Below are positions 1 through 8,047 of a stretch of DNA of 53,114 bases, in pieces. Position 1 is the first letter of the stretch. Each line of letters begins with the position of its first letter. The notes beneath the pieces are model-generated. The model was not told where the DNA came from. It searched no databases and was given only the letters and a program-made list of their open reading frames with translations. The position numbers and the translations under genes are program-made. The stretch is from an uncultured Muribaculaceae bacterium (GTDB lineage: Bacteria; Bacillota_I; Bacilli_A; RF39; UBA660): NCBI GenBank assembly GCA_964525365.1, contig CAZGGW010000002.1, positions 1 through 53,114 of the forward strand, in the 5' to 3' direction.

Positions 1-1107
1 GGTCATACCAGACAATTTATTATACATTCTAAATAAATTTTGAAATGTTACAGTAGCTAGTGTTTTGGTTTCTTTATTAATTTGAACACCCTCTTTTGCT
101 TCCAAAGCTTGATGTAACCCTTCACTAAATTGTCTTCCATGCATAAGTCTTCCGGTAAATAAATCTACAATAATTATATTTCCATTATCTACTACATAAT
201 CAACATCTTTTTTAAATGTGTAATTAGCGCTTAACGCTTTATCTAAGCAATGCACTATAGCATTATTTTCTATTTCATATAAGTTTGTAACATTAAGAGA
301 TTTTTCTACTTTTTTAACTCCATCTTCAGTAAGTGTTACTTTTTTACTTTTTTCATCTATAACGTAATCATCAAGTTTAAGCATTTTGGCAACTCTATCT
401 GCGGTAGTATATAAATCATCGGATTTACTTACTCCACCAGAAATTATAAGTGGAGTTCTCGCTTCATCTATTAATATTGAATCCACTTCATCTATAATTG
501 AAAAATTAAAACCACGTTGTACTCTATTATCTTTTCTTACAACCATATTATCTCGTAAATAATCAAAACCAATTTCATTATTCGTGGAATAAGTTATATC
601 TTTAGCGTAAGCTTCTCTTTTCTCCGTTGGTGTTATATCTCGTAGATTTACTCCTACCGTTACTCCTAAATAATCATATATTGGCCCCATCCATTCCGCA
701 TTTCTTGTCGACAAATATTCATTTGTTGTAATTACGTGAACGCCTTTACCTTCTAACGCATTTAAGTAGGCAGGCAAAACAGTAGTCAGTGTTTTTCCTT
801 CACCGGTTTTCATTTCTGCGATGTTGCCATAGTGTATTGCTAATCCACCAATTAACTGTACTCTAAATGGTTTTTCTCCTAATCCTCTAAAGCAAGCTTC
901 TCTTGCAACAGCAAAAGCTTCTACTAAAATATCTTCTAATGTCTGACCATTACTTAATCTAGTTCTAAACTCATCTGTTTTAGCTTTTAACTCAGTATCA
1001 TTTAAAGATTGTATTTCTTCTTCTAACGCTTCTATTTCATCCGCTATTTTATCAAAACGTTTCAATTCTTTATATTCGTGATCAAATAACTTTTTTAAAA
1101 ATTGCAT
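1..1107 (-). CDS. secA: Preprotein translocase ATPase SecA, N-terminal ~369 codons (gene continues beyond position 1)
   Basis: Minus-strand translation from the ATG at 1107 gives [26 protein letters not shown]... It contains [11 protein letters not shown] (Walker A) and [20 protein letters not shown]. The ORF is open to the window edge, so it is absent from the ORF track. The hpf-secA neighbourhood is typical of Firmicutes. Confidence 0.9.
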   Translation of the reverse strand, partial: MQFLKKLFDHEYKELKRFDKIADEIEALEEEIQSLNDTELKAKTDEFRTRLSNGQTLEDILVEAFAVAREACFRGLGEKPFRVQLIGGLAIHYGNIAEMKTGEGKTLTTVLPAYLNALEGKGVHVITTNEYLSTRNAEWMGPIYDYLGVTVGVNLRDITPTEKREAYAKDITYSTNNEIGFDYLRDNMVVRKDNRVQRGFNFSIIDEVDSILIDEARTPLIISGGVSKSDDLYTTADRVAKMLKLDDYVIDEKSKKVTLTEDGVKKVEKSLNVTNLYEIENNAIVHCLDKALSANYTFKKDVDYVVDNGNIIIVDLFTGRLMHGRQFSEGLHQALEAKEGVQINKETKTLATVTFQNLFRMYNKLSGMT

Positions 1108-1145
1108 AATATCCACCTTTCAAATTATTATTTTATCAAAAATAT

Positions 1146-1169
1146 ATAAAAAAAGATACAACGTATCTT
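1146..1169 (-). terminator. Intrinsic terminator after hpf
   Basis: Minus-strand hairpin AAGATAC-GTT-GTATCTT overlaps the hpf stop and is followed by a U-run. Confidence 0.5.
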
Positions 1170-1689
1170 AATTTACTTGAATTATTCCAAAATTGCCATC
1201 TTTTCTCTTATATAGAACATTTACTTTTCCATCATCAACATTTTTAAACACAAAGAACGAATGTCCAAGCAATTCCATTTGTGTCATTGCTTCTTCTTCG
1301 TCTATAGGTTTCAAAAAGACCTCTTTTCTCCTCACTATTTCTTGTTTTCTTTCTTCAAAAAGATCTTCTATCTCATCTACTACTTCTTCTCTTCTTTTTT
1401 TATCTATTAATTTAGTTTTATATTTTCTAAACTGCCTTTCTATTTTATCTATTGCTTGATCAATTGCTGTGTATAAATTTTCGTTTCCTTCCTCTACTCG
1501 CAAATTATAATTATTTGTGTTTATTGTAACTTCTACTTTTTGATCAATTCCCTTAACTTTTATTAATACTTTTGCCTCTATTTCATTTGGATTTTCAAAA
1601 TACTTGTCCATTTTTGAAAGCTTTTCAGTTATGTAATTGTTTATTGCTTTAGTAACTTTTATCTTTTCTCCCCTAATGTTATATTTCAT
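1168..1689 (-). CDS. hpf: Ribosome hibernation-promoting factor, long form (HPF/YvyD)
   Basis: 173 aa. The N-terminal S30AE-type domain (MKYNIRGEKIKVTKAINNYITEKL..., LYTAIDQAIDKIERQFRKYK) is joined to a C-terminal dimerisation domain (KPIDEEEAMTQMELLGHSFFVFKN). It sits upstream of secA. Confidence 0.9.
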   Translation of the reverse strand: MKYNIRGEKIKVTKAINNYITEKLSKMDKYFENPNEIEAKVLIKVKGIDQKVEVTINTNNYNLRVEEGNENLYTAIDQAIDKIERQFRKYKTKLIDKKRREEVVDEIEDLFEERKQEIVRRKEVFLKPIDEEEAMTQMELLGHSFFVFKNVDDGKVNVLYKRKDGNFGIIQVN

Positions 1690-1754
1690 ATATCCTCCTA
1701 TTTATATTTTATCACTTTTTTATATTTTTTAAAAGACAAGTATTATTGCTTTAC

Positions 1755-1790
1755 AAAATAAAAACACATATAATACTGCTTTATGTGTTT
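1755..1790 (-). terminator. Intrinsic terminator after the cold-shock gene
   Basis: 9-bp stem AAACACATA / TATGTGTTT (1762-1770 and 1782-1790), with a U-run on the minus-strand transcript. Confidence 0.5.
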
Positions 1791-1797
1791 GATTTTT

Positions 1798-2022
1798 TTA
1801 AACAGTAGTCATTTTTATTTCTTTAACGTTTATTGCTTGTTTGCCCTTTGCGGTATCTATTAGTTTAAATTCTACAACGTCACCTTCTTTTAAAGTTTTA
1901 TATCCGTCTCTGTCGATTGCAGAATAATGAACGAAAATATCACCTAAACTATCATCGCCATCAAATTCAATAAAGCCATAACCTTTTTCGTTGTTAAACC
2001 ACTTAACTCTACCTTTAATCAT
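1798..2022 (-). CDS. Cold-shock protein, CspA family
   Basis: 74 aa with the RNP1/RNP2-like motifs [12 protein letters not shown] and DIFVHYSAI. Confidence 0.9.
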   Translation of the reverse strand: MIKGRVKWFNNEKGYGFIEFDGDDSLGDIFVHYSAIDRDGYKTLKEGDVVEFKLIDTAKGKQAINVKEIKMTTV

Positions 2023-2321
2023 TTTAACACCTACCTTCCTTTTATTATGTTTCTATCATAAATCAATTTCAGATTCACTTTCAATAAAAATCATTCCAAT
2101 TATTTCGACAAATTTCGCGGTATAGTAGAATTGTATTTTATTATTTTTTAAGATAATAAATTTTAGAATTTTTTGTATATTTTTTTGATTAAAATAACTT
2201 TTTACTGATTTAAAAAATTAAAATAGTCATTTAATCATATTATTTTTAATACTAAGTGCTTATTTTAAACTTTAATGTATAAGTTATTGATATAATTTTT
2301 TCAATAATTTGAGGGTAGTAT

Positions 2322-2921
2322 ATGAAAAGAAAAATTATTGAAGGAATGATGAACTTAATTAAAAAAAATTATGATTATAGCGACGAAAAACTTTTAGAAA
2401 TAAAATACGGACTTGATGGATTGTATTTAACTTTAACTAAAACCATTATAATTATAATTATTTCTGTATTAGCAAAAACCATAAACGAGCTTTTGCTTAT
2501 TATGTTATTTTATTCAGTTTTAAGAACCTTTGCTTTTGGATTACACGCAAAAAAAAGTTGGCATTGTTGGATTTCATCTTTACTCATTTTTGGAGTTAGT
2601 CCATATGTTTCAAGATTTATAATTTTTCCATTTTATATAAAAATTATATTGTTAACTTTAGGCATTATATTAATGTTTCTTTTTGCTCCGGCAGATACCG
2701 AAAAACATCCTCTTATTAATTCTAAAAAAAGAAAAATTTTAAAGTTTATTTCAACTACTATATGCATTTGTTACTCTTTAATAGCAATTTTAATAAAAAA
2801 CGAATTAATTAGTACGATAATTATACTCTCAATATTTATAGAGATTTTTATGATTATACCAATTAGTTATAAAATCTTTAAACTAAAATATGATAACTAC
2901 AAAAGTTATCAAAAAGCTTAA
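2322..2921 (+). CDS. agrB: AgrB-type accessory gene regulator B (AIP-processing membrane peptidase)
   Basis: 199 aa polytopic membrane protein. It carries RTFAFGLHAKKSWHC, where His and Cys are 7 residues apart as for the AgrB catalytic pair. An agrD-like peptide gene follows immediately. Confidence 0.8.
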   Translation: MKRKIIEGMMNLIKKNYDYSDEKLLEIKYGLDGLYLTLTKTIIIIIISVLAKTINELLLIMLFYSVLRTFAFGLHAKKSWHCWISSLLIFGVSPYVSRFIIFPFYIKIILLTLGIILMFLFAPADTEKHPLINSKKRKILKFISTTICICYSLIAILIKNELISTIIILSIFIEIFMIIPISYKIFKLKYDNYKSYQKA

Positions 2922-2949
2922 AGGTTTATATATAAGAAAGGAGGATATT

Positions 2950-3072
2950 ATGGGAAAATTATTTGCAGGTATTAGTGCTTTTCTAGGATCAATTATTTCC
3001 GCTTCTTCAAGCAGCGCTTGTGTTTGGATTTGGGTTGATGAACCAGAAACACCAAAAAGCCTAATAAAATAG
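2950..3072 (+). CDS. agrD: AgrD-type autoinducing-peptide precursor (40 aa)
   Basis: The ATG at 2950 is preceded by AAAGGAGGA. The peptide MGKLFAGISAFLGSIISASSSSACVWIWVDEPETPKSLIK has an amphipathic leader, a single Cys, and an acidic E-P-x-x-PKSL recognition tail typical of AgrD. The 2890 start in the ORF track overlaps agrB and lacks an RBS. Confidence 0.7.
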   Translation: MGKLFAGISAFLGSIISASSSSACVWIWVDEPETPKSLIK

Positions 3073-3085
3073 TTATAACTATAAG

Positions 3086-3112
3086 CATTTGTATTATTAC
3101 AAATGTTTTTTT
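3086..3112 (+). terminator. Intrinsic terminator of agrBD
   Basis: Hairpin CATTTGTA-TTAT-TACAAATG followed by TTTTTTT. It overlaps the stop of the convergent kinase gene. Confidence 0.55.
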
Positions 3113-4401
3113 ATTGTTAAAATTGAACTAAAAATATAATTTGTATAATTTTGTTCTAGTTGAAAAGTGGGCTCTTTTTCTAATATTCTATTTACAACAA
3201 ACAATCCCAATCCTCGATTTTTTCCTTTTGTAGAAAAATCTTTTGTATTAATTTTCGATATATTAACCGCGTTTTTAGTTGAATTTTCAATATAAATTTT
3301 CAAATTATTTTTGTCCTTATATATATCAATTACTACTGTTTTGTTTTTGCTTTCTTTTGCGGCTTCGCGTGCATTATCAAGTAAAATTCCTATTATTTTA
3401 CAATTATCCATAAAAATCTTGGGTGGCATTTTTTCAAAAGCCGTTACAGTTTTTGGTGATATATTTAAGTTGATATTTATATTATCATTTTTCATATCAT
3501 AAATTTTATAATAAATTAAACCTTTTAGTCCGGTCGGCAAGTTATATAAATTCCCGTTAATCTCCTTTTTTGAAGAATATAATTTAATTATCTCATCCAA
3601 AGTTTTGGAAAATTCATTACCGTTTTTATTTTTATAACTTTTTATAATCAACAAATTATTTAATATTTCATGCCTATTTATTCTGTCTTCATCTATTATT
3701 TGTTCATACTTTGACATAAAGTTTAAAAGTATTTCTTCTTTTTCTTCTGATTTTTTGAATTTTATATATTGGTATAAAGTAATAAACAAAATGACTATAA
3801 ACAAAGTAATTATTATTAGCTCTGTTACAAATGATAAAATATTCATATTAAACGCGAAATTAAACATCATTATAGTTATAACTATGAATAAAATTATTAA
3901 GATAATATTTAATAATTGAACGTGTTTATGGCTAATTTTCTTAAAAAAATTTATAAATATAAATTGTATTTTTTTTATAGAAAAAAACAGATACGTAAAT
4001 AACATATTGAATGATGAAATAACTAGTCCAACAAGCAAAAGAGTTTTAAAATCATATAAATCTTTTGTATTAAAAATTAAAATTATTGGTGATAATAACA
4101 GTTCTCCCACGCAAGATATAATATATATAACTAAAGTTTTTAAAAAGGAAATTGTTATTTTTTGTTTAAAAATTAAGAAATTAGTAAATAGTAATAGAAA
4201 AAAGCTTATAATCATTCTGGAAACACTAGTGTTAAACCGCATATTAAAAAAAGCAATTGCACTACTTAATATCACTATTAAAAATATATTTAATGTAAAT
4301 GTTATTTTTTTGTTAAAAGATATTTTTTCATAACACTTTATATAGATAATTTCCATTAAAACAATCTCAAAATAATATATTACAAATTCATACCATTGCA
4401 T
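3097..4401 (-). CDS. agrC: AgrC-like (HPK10) membrane sensor histidine kinase
   Basis: The N-terminal half has ~6-7 TM helices. The H-box is INRHEILNNL, the N-box is LLDNAREA, and the G-box is STKGKNRGLGLFVV. I place the start at the ATG at 4401 (MQWYEF...), which overlaps the response-regulator stop by 14 nt. The track start at 4461 lies deep inside the upstream gene. Confidence 0.8.
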   Translation of the reverse strand: MQWYEFVIYYFEIVLMEIIYIKCYEKISFNKKITFTLNIFLIVILSSAIAFFNMRFNTSVSRMIISFFLLLFTNFLIFKQKITISFLKTLVIYIISCVGELLLSPIILIFNTKDLYDFKTLLLVGLVISSFNMLFTYLFFSIKKIQFIFINFFKKISHKHVQLLNIILIILFIVITIMMFNFAFNMNILSFVTELIIITLFIVILFITLYQYIKFKKSEEKEEILLNFMSKYEQIIDEDRINRHEILNNLLIIKSYKNKNGNEFSKTLDEIIKLYSSKKEINGNLYNLPTGLKGLIYYKIYDMKNDNININLNISPKTVTAFEKMPPKIFMDNCKIIGILLDNAREAAKESKNKTVVIDIYKDKNNLKIYIENSTKNAVNISKINTKDFSTKGKNRGLGLFVVNRILEKEPTFQLEQNYTNYIFSSILTIKKHL

Positions 4402-5104
4402 GTTCTGTAATCTCCTTTTTATGAGTTCTGGATACAAGAATCGATGAAGTGTTATTATCAAAAAATATTATATAATTTTTCCAATCTATTTTTTTGACTT
4501 TCTTCATATTAACGATTGATGCTTTGTGAGTGAATACAAAATTAGAATTTAATTTTTCATATATTTCTTTCATTCCAATATTTAATCTATATTCATCTGT
4601 TGCAGTTACTATAACAACTTTTCTTTCGGTAGTTTCTCTGTATATTTGATATATGGAATCTAAAGGTATTTTATAATCTACATTTTTCATTCTAAAGCTT
4701 AATGTATTACTAAAATTCAATTGTTTTAAGCATATTTCAAATAATTCCAACAAATTTTTTTCTGGTTCATATTGCTTGTTTAAAAAATCTAAAATTTGCA
4801 ATCTCTGTTTAAATGTATCAAAAGCCATACCACCATGCACAGTTAATATAATAATCGGACTTCTCCAATCATCTTCACGAATGGTACGAGCAATCTCAAT
4901 TGCATTAGAACTAGGCAATTCAAAATCTAAAATATAAATGTTATGAGAATTGTTATTTTTAATAACATTAATAAGTCCTGGGGTTTCATCTGAATACTCT
5001 AAAATATCAAAGTCTATTTTATTTTTCATCATAAATTTAATAACAATTTCTTTTACCATTTTTCGTTGAGCAGAATTATCTTCAACTAAAACAAATTTAA
5101 TCAT
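4388..5104 (-). CDS. agrA: LytTR-family response regulator (AgrA-like)
   Basis: 238 aa. The receiver domain (VLVEDN..., ILDFELP) is followed by a C-terminal LytTR DNA-binding domain (FTHKASIVNMKKVKKID). RBS AAGAGGA. It is translationally coupled to the kinase. Confidence 0.85.
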   Translation of the reverse strand: MIKFVLVEDNSAQRKMVKEIVIKFMMKNKIDFDILEYSDETPGLINVIKNNNSHNIYILDFELPSSNAIEIARTIREDDWRSPIIILTVHGGMAFDTFKQRLQILDFLNKQYEPEKNLLELFEICLKQLNFSNTLSFRMKNVDYKIPLDSIYQIYRETTERKVVIVTATDEYRLNIGMKEIYEKLNSNFVFTHKASIVNMKKVKKIDWKNYIIFFDNNTSSILVSRTHKKEITEHAMV

Positions 5105-5171
5105 ATTAATCCTCTTACATTTCCCTCATAAATATATCACAAATTTTGTTTTTTTTACAATAGTAAAATAC

Positions 5172-5196
5172 AAAAAAGTCCCTTATTTAGGGACTT
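5172..5196 (-). terminator. Intrinsic terminator of spoIIID
   Basis: Minus-strand hairpin AAGTCCCT-AAATA-AGGGACTT followed by TTTTTTG. The stem includes the spoIIID stop codon. Confidence 0.6.
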
Positions 5197-5456
5197 AGTG
5201 ACCTGCTATTACCGGTTTTATATTTTAATTTTGTAGATTCACCTCCGCGAATATGTCTTACATCTGTATGCTCATCCATTATTTTTTTTATTTTGATATA
5301 TAATTTATAATTAACGTCTTTTAATCTATCATGTAAGTCTTTATGAACCGTACTTTTACTTACTCTAAATTTCTTTGCAGTATTTCTTATAGTTTCTTTT
5401 GTTTTTAAAATATATACTGTTTCTTCTACTACTCTTGAAACTATTTTTTTATTCAT
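5187..5456 (-). CDS. spoIIID: Stage III sporulation protein D, mother-cell HTH regulator
   Basis: The sequence MNKKIVSRVVEETVYILKTKETIRNTAKKFRVSKSTVHKDLHDRL...RHIRGGESTKLKYK closely parallels B. subtilis SpoIIID. The ATG at 5456 has RBS GAAAGGA. The track start at 5471 is a TTG without an RBS. Confidence 0.9.
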   Translation of the reverse strand: MNKKIVSRVVEETVYILKTKETIRNTAKKFRVSKSTVHKDLHDRLKDVNYKLYIKIKKIMDEHTDVRHIRGGESTKLKYKTGNSRSLSP

Positions 5457-5503
5457 TTTTAATCCTTTCAATAAAATATATTATGAAAAGATTTTTTTAT
5501 AAC

Positions 5504-5525
5504 AAAAAAGACTATTGAAAGTCTT
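5504..5525 (-). terminator. Intrinsic terminator after the spoIIQ-like gene
   Basis: Hairpin AAGACT-TTCAAT-AGTCTT followed by a T-run on the minus strand. It overlaps the stop codon. Confidence 0.45.
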
Positions 5526-6156
5526 CTGTAGATAAAGAATAAAAATTTTCAGGATCTAGTATTTCCCCATTATGGTATACTTCAAAATGTAATAAATTTT
5601 TATATTCAGGATTTGTTTTTGAAGTACCACTTTTTCCAATAATTTGTGATTGAAATATTTTATCTTTTTCTTTCATAGTAGAATTTTTTATCCCCTGATA
5701 AACAGTTATTAAATCATTAGTATGTTTAACTTTAATAATAGTACCAAAATTCACATCCTCTTCTATAGATAAAACCTCCCCATCCAATACAGCTACAACA
5801 TCAAATTCTTCATCACTAATATAATCTATTCCGGAGTTTTGCATGTATGTATTTTGATAATAAATTATAGAATTAATTTGTTCTTCCTCATTGCCTTCAT
5901 AATCATAAAAATATTTACCTATTTTTACCTTTTCTGATAAATACGGTTTTACAATAGTGCTCACGCCAGTCAAAGAATCGTTTATAACTGGTGTTACTTC
6001 TTCAAATACGCCTTTTACCGAATAATCATAATCTTTTTCTTCTGATAAATATTTATTCAACGAGACAAGTAGAAACCAAATGCTTGCTATTACAATCATA
6101 ACAGCTAAAGCATAGATTACCGGAACTATTGTTTTTCCTATTCTTTTTTGATTCAT
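5512..6156 (-). CDS. spoIIQ: Stage II sporulation protein Q-like, membrane-anchored degenerate LytM/M23 domain
   Basis: It has an N-terminal TM segment. YQNTYMQNSGIDYI, IIGKSGTS and LLHFEVYHNG align with B. subtilis SpoIIQ (YNNTYSLSKGIDLA, VIGKSGKN, HVHFEI). It lies between spoIID and spoIIID, as in Clostridia. Confidence 0.75.
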   Translation of the reverse strand: MNQKRIGKTIVPVIYALAVMIVIASIWFLLVSLNKYLSEEKDYDYSVKGVFEEVTPVINDSLTGVSTIVKPYLSEKVKIGKYFYDYEGNEEEQINSIIYYQNTYMQNSGIDYISDEEFDVVAVLDGEVLSIEEDVNFGTIIKVKHTNDLITVYQGIKNSTMKEKDKIFQSQIIGKSGTSKTNPEYKNLLHFEVYHNGEILDPENFYSLSTEDFQ

Positions 6157-6209
6157 TTTTCACTCTCCTACTAATAAGTTTGAGCAAAAAAAACGAATAT
6201 ATACATTTT

Positions 6210-7121
6210 TTATATTTTTTTTAATTCCACTCCCGTGTAATAATGAAATAATATTTCTTTATAACTTTTATTTTGTTTAGCCATTTCATTCGCACCATAT
6301 TGGCTCATACCTACTCCATGTCCATAGCCTCTAGTAATTATTAAAACGCTATCTTCATTTATTTCTATACTGGCATCTGTAGACCGAATTCCTAAAAGAG
6401 TTCTAAATTTGGTTCCTTTTATTGTTGTATTGTTGATTTTTATATATTTTATTCTTCCGGAATCTGTTTTTGACATGATTTTAATACTTTCCAATGTTTG
6501 GCCTTTTATATTTAACTTCGTTAAAAATTCTTTTTTAGTCATCTCAACTGACTTTTCATATGGTTTAACCTTTTTATCCCAAGGAGATTCTACGCTTCTT
6601 AAATATTCTAATTTTTGACTAAAGACATCTTCTACATTTTCGGTTTTACCATTTGAAGTTGAAAAGAAAAAAGTTTTAATTATTTTATCTTCATAAGTTA
6701 AATATTCACTCTTTGTTTGAAAAACTGCTTGTTTTATCTTTAAATAATATTTTTCATAATTGTTTTTCCATTTTTCTTTTAATTTTTCTTTATCATGATA
6801 ACATTGATTTGATATAGAATCTTTTATATCGTACTCTTTATTATATTGCATTCGTTCTAGCACATATGTTCTAGAAGCTACCGCTTGTGCTTTTAACGCT
6901 TCAAGTTCAAAAGAAGCTGGCATTTCGCAAGCAACAACTCCAATTATATATTCTTCTAACTCAATTGTTTCTATTTCATTATTAGCAAGCAAATTAACTT
7001 TTTTTATTTGTTCTGTTTTTAGAGAATTTTGCTGTGTATCCACTATTAAATCATCAGAAGAAAAAAGCGAAATAAAATAAATAGGTATTAAAAAAATTAC
7101 TATGGCGTATAAATATTTCAT
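6210..7121 (-). CDS. spoIID: Stage II sporulation protein D (lytic transglycosylase for engulfment)
   Basis: 303 aa. After an N-terminal anchor come the SpoIID-family motifs EEYIIGVVACEMPASFELEALKAQAVASRTY, FFSTSNGKTEN and GHGVGMSQYGA. Confidence 0.9.
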   Translation of the reverse strand: MKYLYAIVIFLIPIYFISLFSSDDLIVDTQQNSLKTEQIKKVNLLANNEIETIELEEYIIGVVACEMPASFELEALKAQAVASRTYVLERMQYNKEYDIKDSISNQCYHDKEKLKEKWKNNYEKYYLKIKQAVFQTKSEYLTYEDKIIKTFFFSTSNGKTENVEDVFSQKLEYLRSVESPWDKKVKPYEKSVEMTKKEFLTKLNIKGQTLESIKIMSKTDSGRIKYIKINNTTIKGTKFRTLLGIRSTDASIEINEDSVLIITRGYGHGVGMSQYGANEMAKQNKSYKEILFHYYTGVELKKI

Positions 7122-7125
7122 AGTA

Positions 7126-7154
7126 ATTTTATGTGATAATTCGTAATTTTATTC
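7126..7154 (-). promoter_or_regulatory. Candidate sigma-E-type promoter for spoIID
   Basis: The minus strand reads GAATAAA-14 nt-CATAAAAT, which resembles the sigma-E consensus (xxATAxx-14-CATACAxT). The -10 element ends only 4 nt before the ATG. Confidence 0.3.
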
Positions 7155-7580
7155 CAAGTTTTTTATTTTTTCTATTCTTCTTAAATATCTTTCTTGATTA
7201 TCAAAATCAGTTTCTGTAAAAGAATTAATCATTTCAATTACTTCTTTTATAGGCTTTTTATAAGAAAACGATATTACATTTGCATGATTATGCGCCTTAG
7301 AGAATTTTGCTTCATCTGTATTATCAATTTTAGCACATAGTATACCATCGATTTTATTTGAAGCAATTGACATTCCTATCCCTGTACCACATATCAAAAT
7401 CCCGAATTCAATTTCTTTTTTATTAACCATTTCACATACTTTTATTGCATAATCAACATAGTCTACATTTTCTTCTGAATTTGTTCCTAAATCAACAAAT
7501 TGATATTTATCTTTTAGATTCTTTATGATTTCATTTTTTAAATTATATCCCCAGTGATCTGCACCAATTCCTATTCTCAT
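7149..7580 (-). CDS. rpiB: Ribose-5-phosphate isomerase B (RpiB/LacAB family)
   Basis: MRIGIGADHWGY..., ILICGTGIGMSIASNK. The ATG at 7580 has RBS AAAGGAG 6 nt upstream. The track start at 7601 lacks an RBS. Confidence 0.85.
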   Translation of the reverse strand: MRIGIGADHWGYNLKNEIIKNLKDKYQFVDLGTNSEENVDYVDYAIKVCEMVNKKEIEFGILICGTGIGMSIASNKIDGILCAKIDNTDEAKFSKAHNHANVISFSYKKPIKEVIEMINSFTETDFDNQERYLRRIEKIKNLE

Positions 7581-7621
7581 ACTTTGCTCCTTTACTATCA
7601 ATAATTATAACTTTTAGATAT

Positions 7622-7647
7622 AAAAAAAGCAAACTTTATGTTTACTA
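7622..7647 (-). terminator. Intrinsic terminator after rpmE
   Basis: Minus-strand hairpin GTAAAC-ATAAA-GTTTGC followed by TTTTTTT. Confidence 0.4.
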
Positions 7648-7845
7648 TTCTTTAATTCCATATTTATCTTTGAATTTTTGAACATTTCCAGTTTTGACAG
7701 TTTTATATTTTCCTGTATAAAATGAATGACATTTATTACATGTTTCAAGTTGAATTTCTTCTTTTGTTGATCTTGTAATAAATTCATTTCCACATGCGCA
7801 TTTCACCTTACATTCTTTGTATTCTGGATGAATCCCTTTTTTCAT
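7645..7845 (-). CDS. rpmE: 50S ribosomal protein L31, Zn-ribbon (C+) type
   Basis: 66 aa: MKKGIHPEY..., with a CxC...CxxC zinc ribbon (CACGNEF...CNKCHSFYTGK). Confidence 0.95.
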   Translation of the reverse strand: MKKGIHPEYKECKVKCACGNEFITRSTKEEIQLETCNKCHSFYTGKYKTVKTGNVQKFKDKYGIKE

Positions 7846-7896
7846 ATATCCTCCTCGCCATAACTATTAATAGTTATAGAAATAACTTCAAGTGGT

Positions 7897-7926
7897 ATTA
7901 TACAATAAGAAACACCAAAAAGTCAA
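7897..7926 (-). promoter_or_regulatory. Sigma-A promoter of rpmE
   Basis: The minus strand reads TTGACT (7921-7926), an 18-nt spacer ending in TG, then TATAAT (7897-7902). Confidence 0.5.
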
Positions 7927-8047
7927 TCTTTTAATGTTTCTACAGCATTAATAATTTTGTCTGCCTATTGATCAATAAGTTTTCTCGGCATAAACGACTA
8001 AAAACTTGACTGTAGATTATTCTAAAAAGTTGCACTTGACTTTTTAA

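Noticed and set aside
2104-2110. A single perfect Spo0A-box complement (TTCGACA) in the csp-agrB intergenic region.
   Set aside because: An isolated 7-mer about 215 bp upstream of agrB is expected by chance. Unlike the phased triplet upstream of comK, it has no partner sites.
2890-2949. The longer 60-aa version of the agrD ORF, starting inside agrB.
   Set aside because: There is no RBS, and it overlaps the agrB C-terminus. The ATG at 2950 follows AAAGGAGGA and gives a canonical-length AgrD.
4388-4390. Possible Mollicutes-type genetic code (TGA = Trp), considered because of the extreme AT content.
   Set aside because: TGA closes well-delimited conserved ORFs (the agrA-like regulator, yabB, yabG, the yabE-like gene). 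Trp positions such as the agrD CVWIW are encoded by TGG.
5453-5472. A 19-nt identity (TGAAAGGATTAAAAATGAA) between the spoIIID start region and the rpoE start region (13434-13452).
   Set aside because: The match consists of an SD-like GAAAGGA plus spacer plus ATGAA. It is most simply convergent translation-initiation sequence in AT-rich DNA, and no extended homology flanks it.
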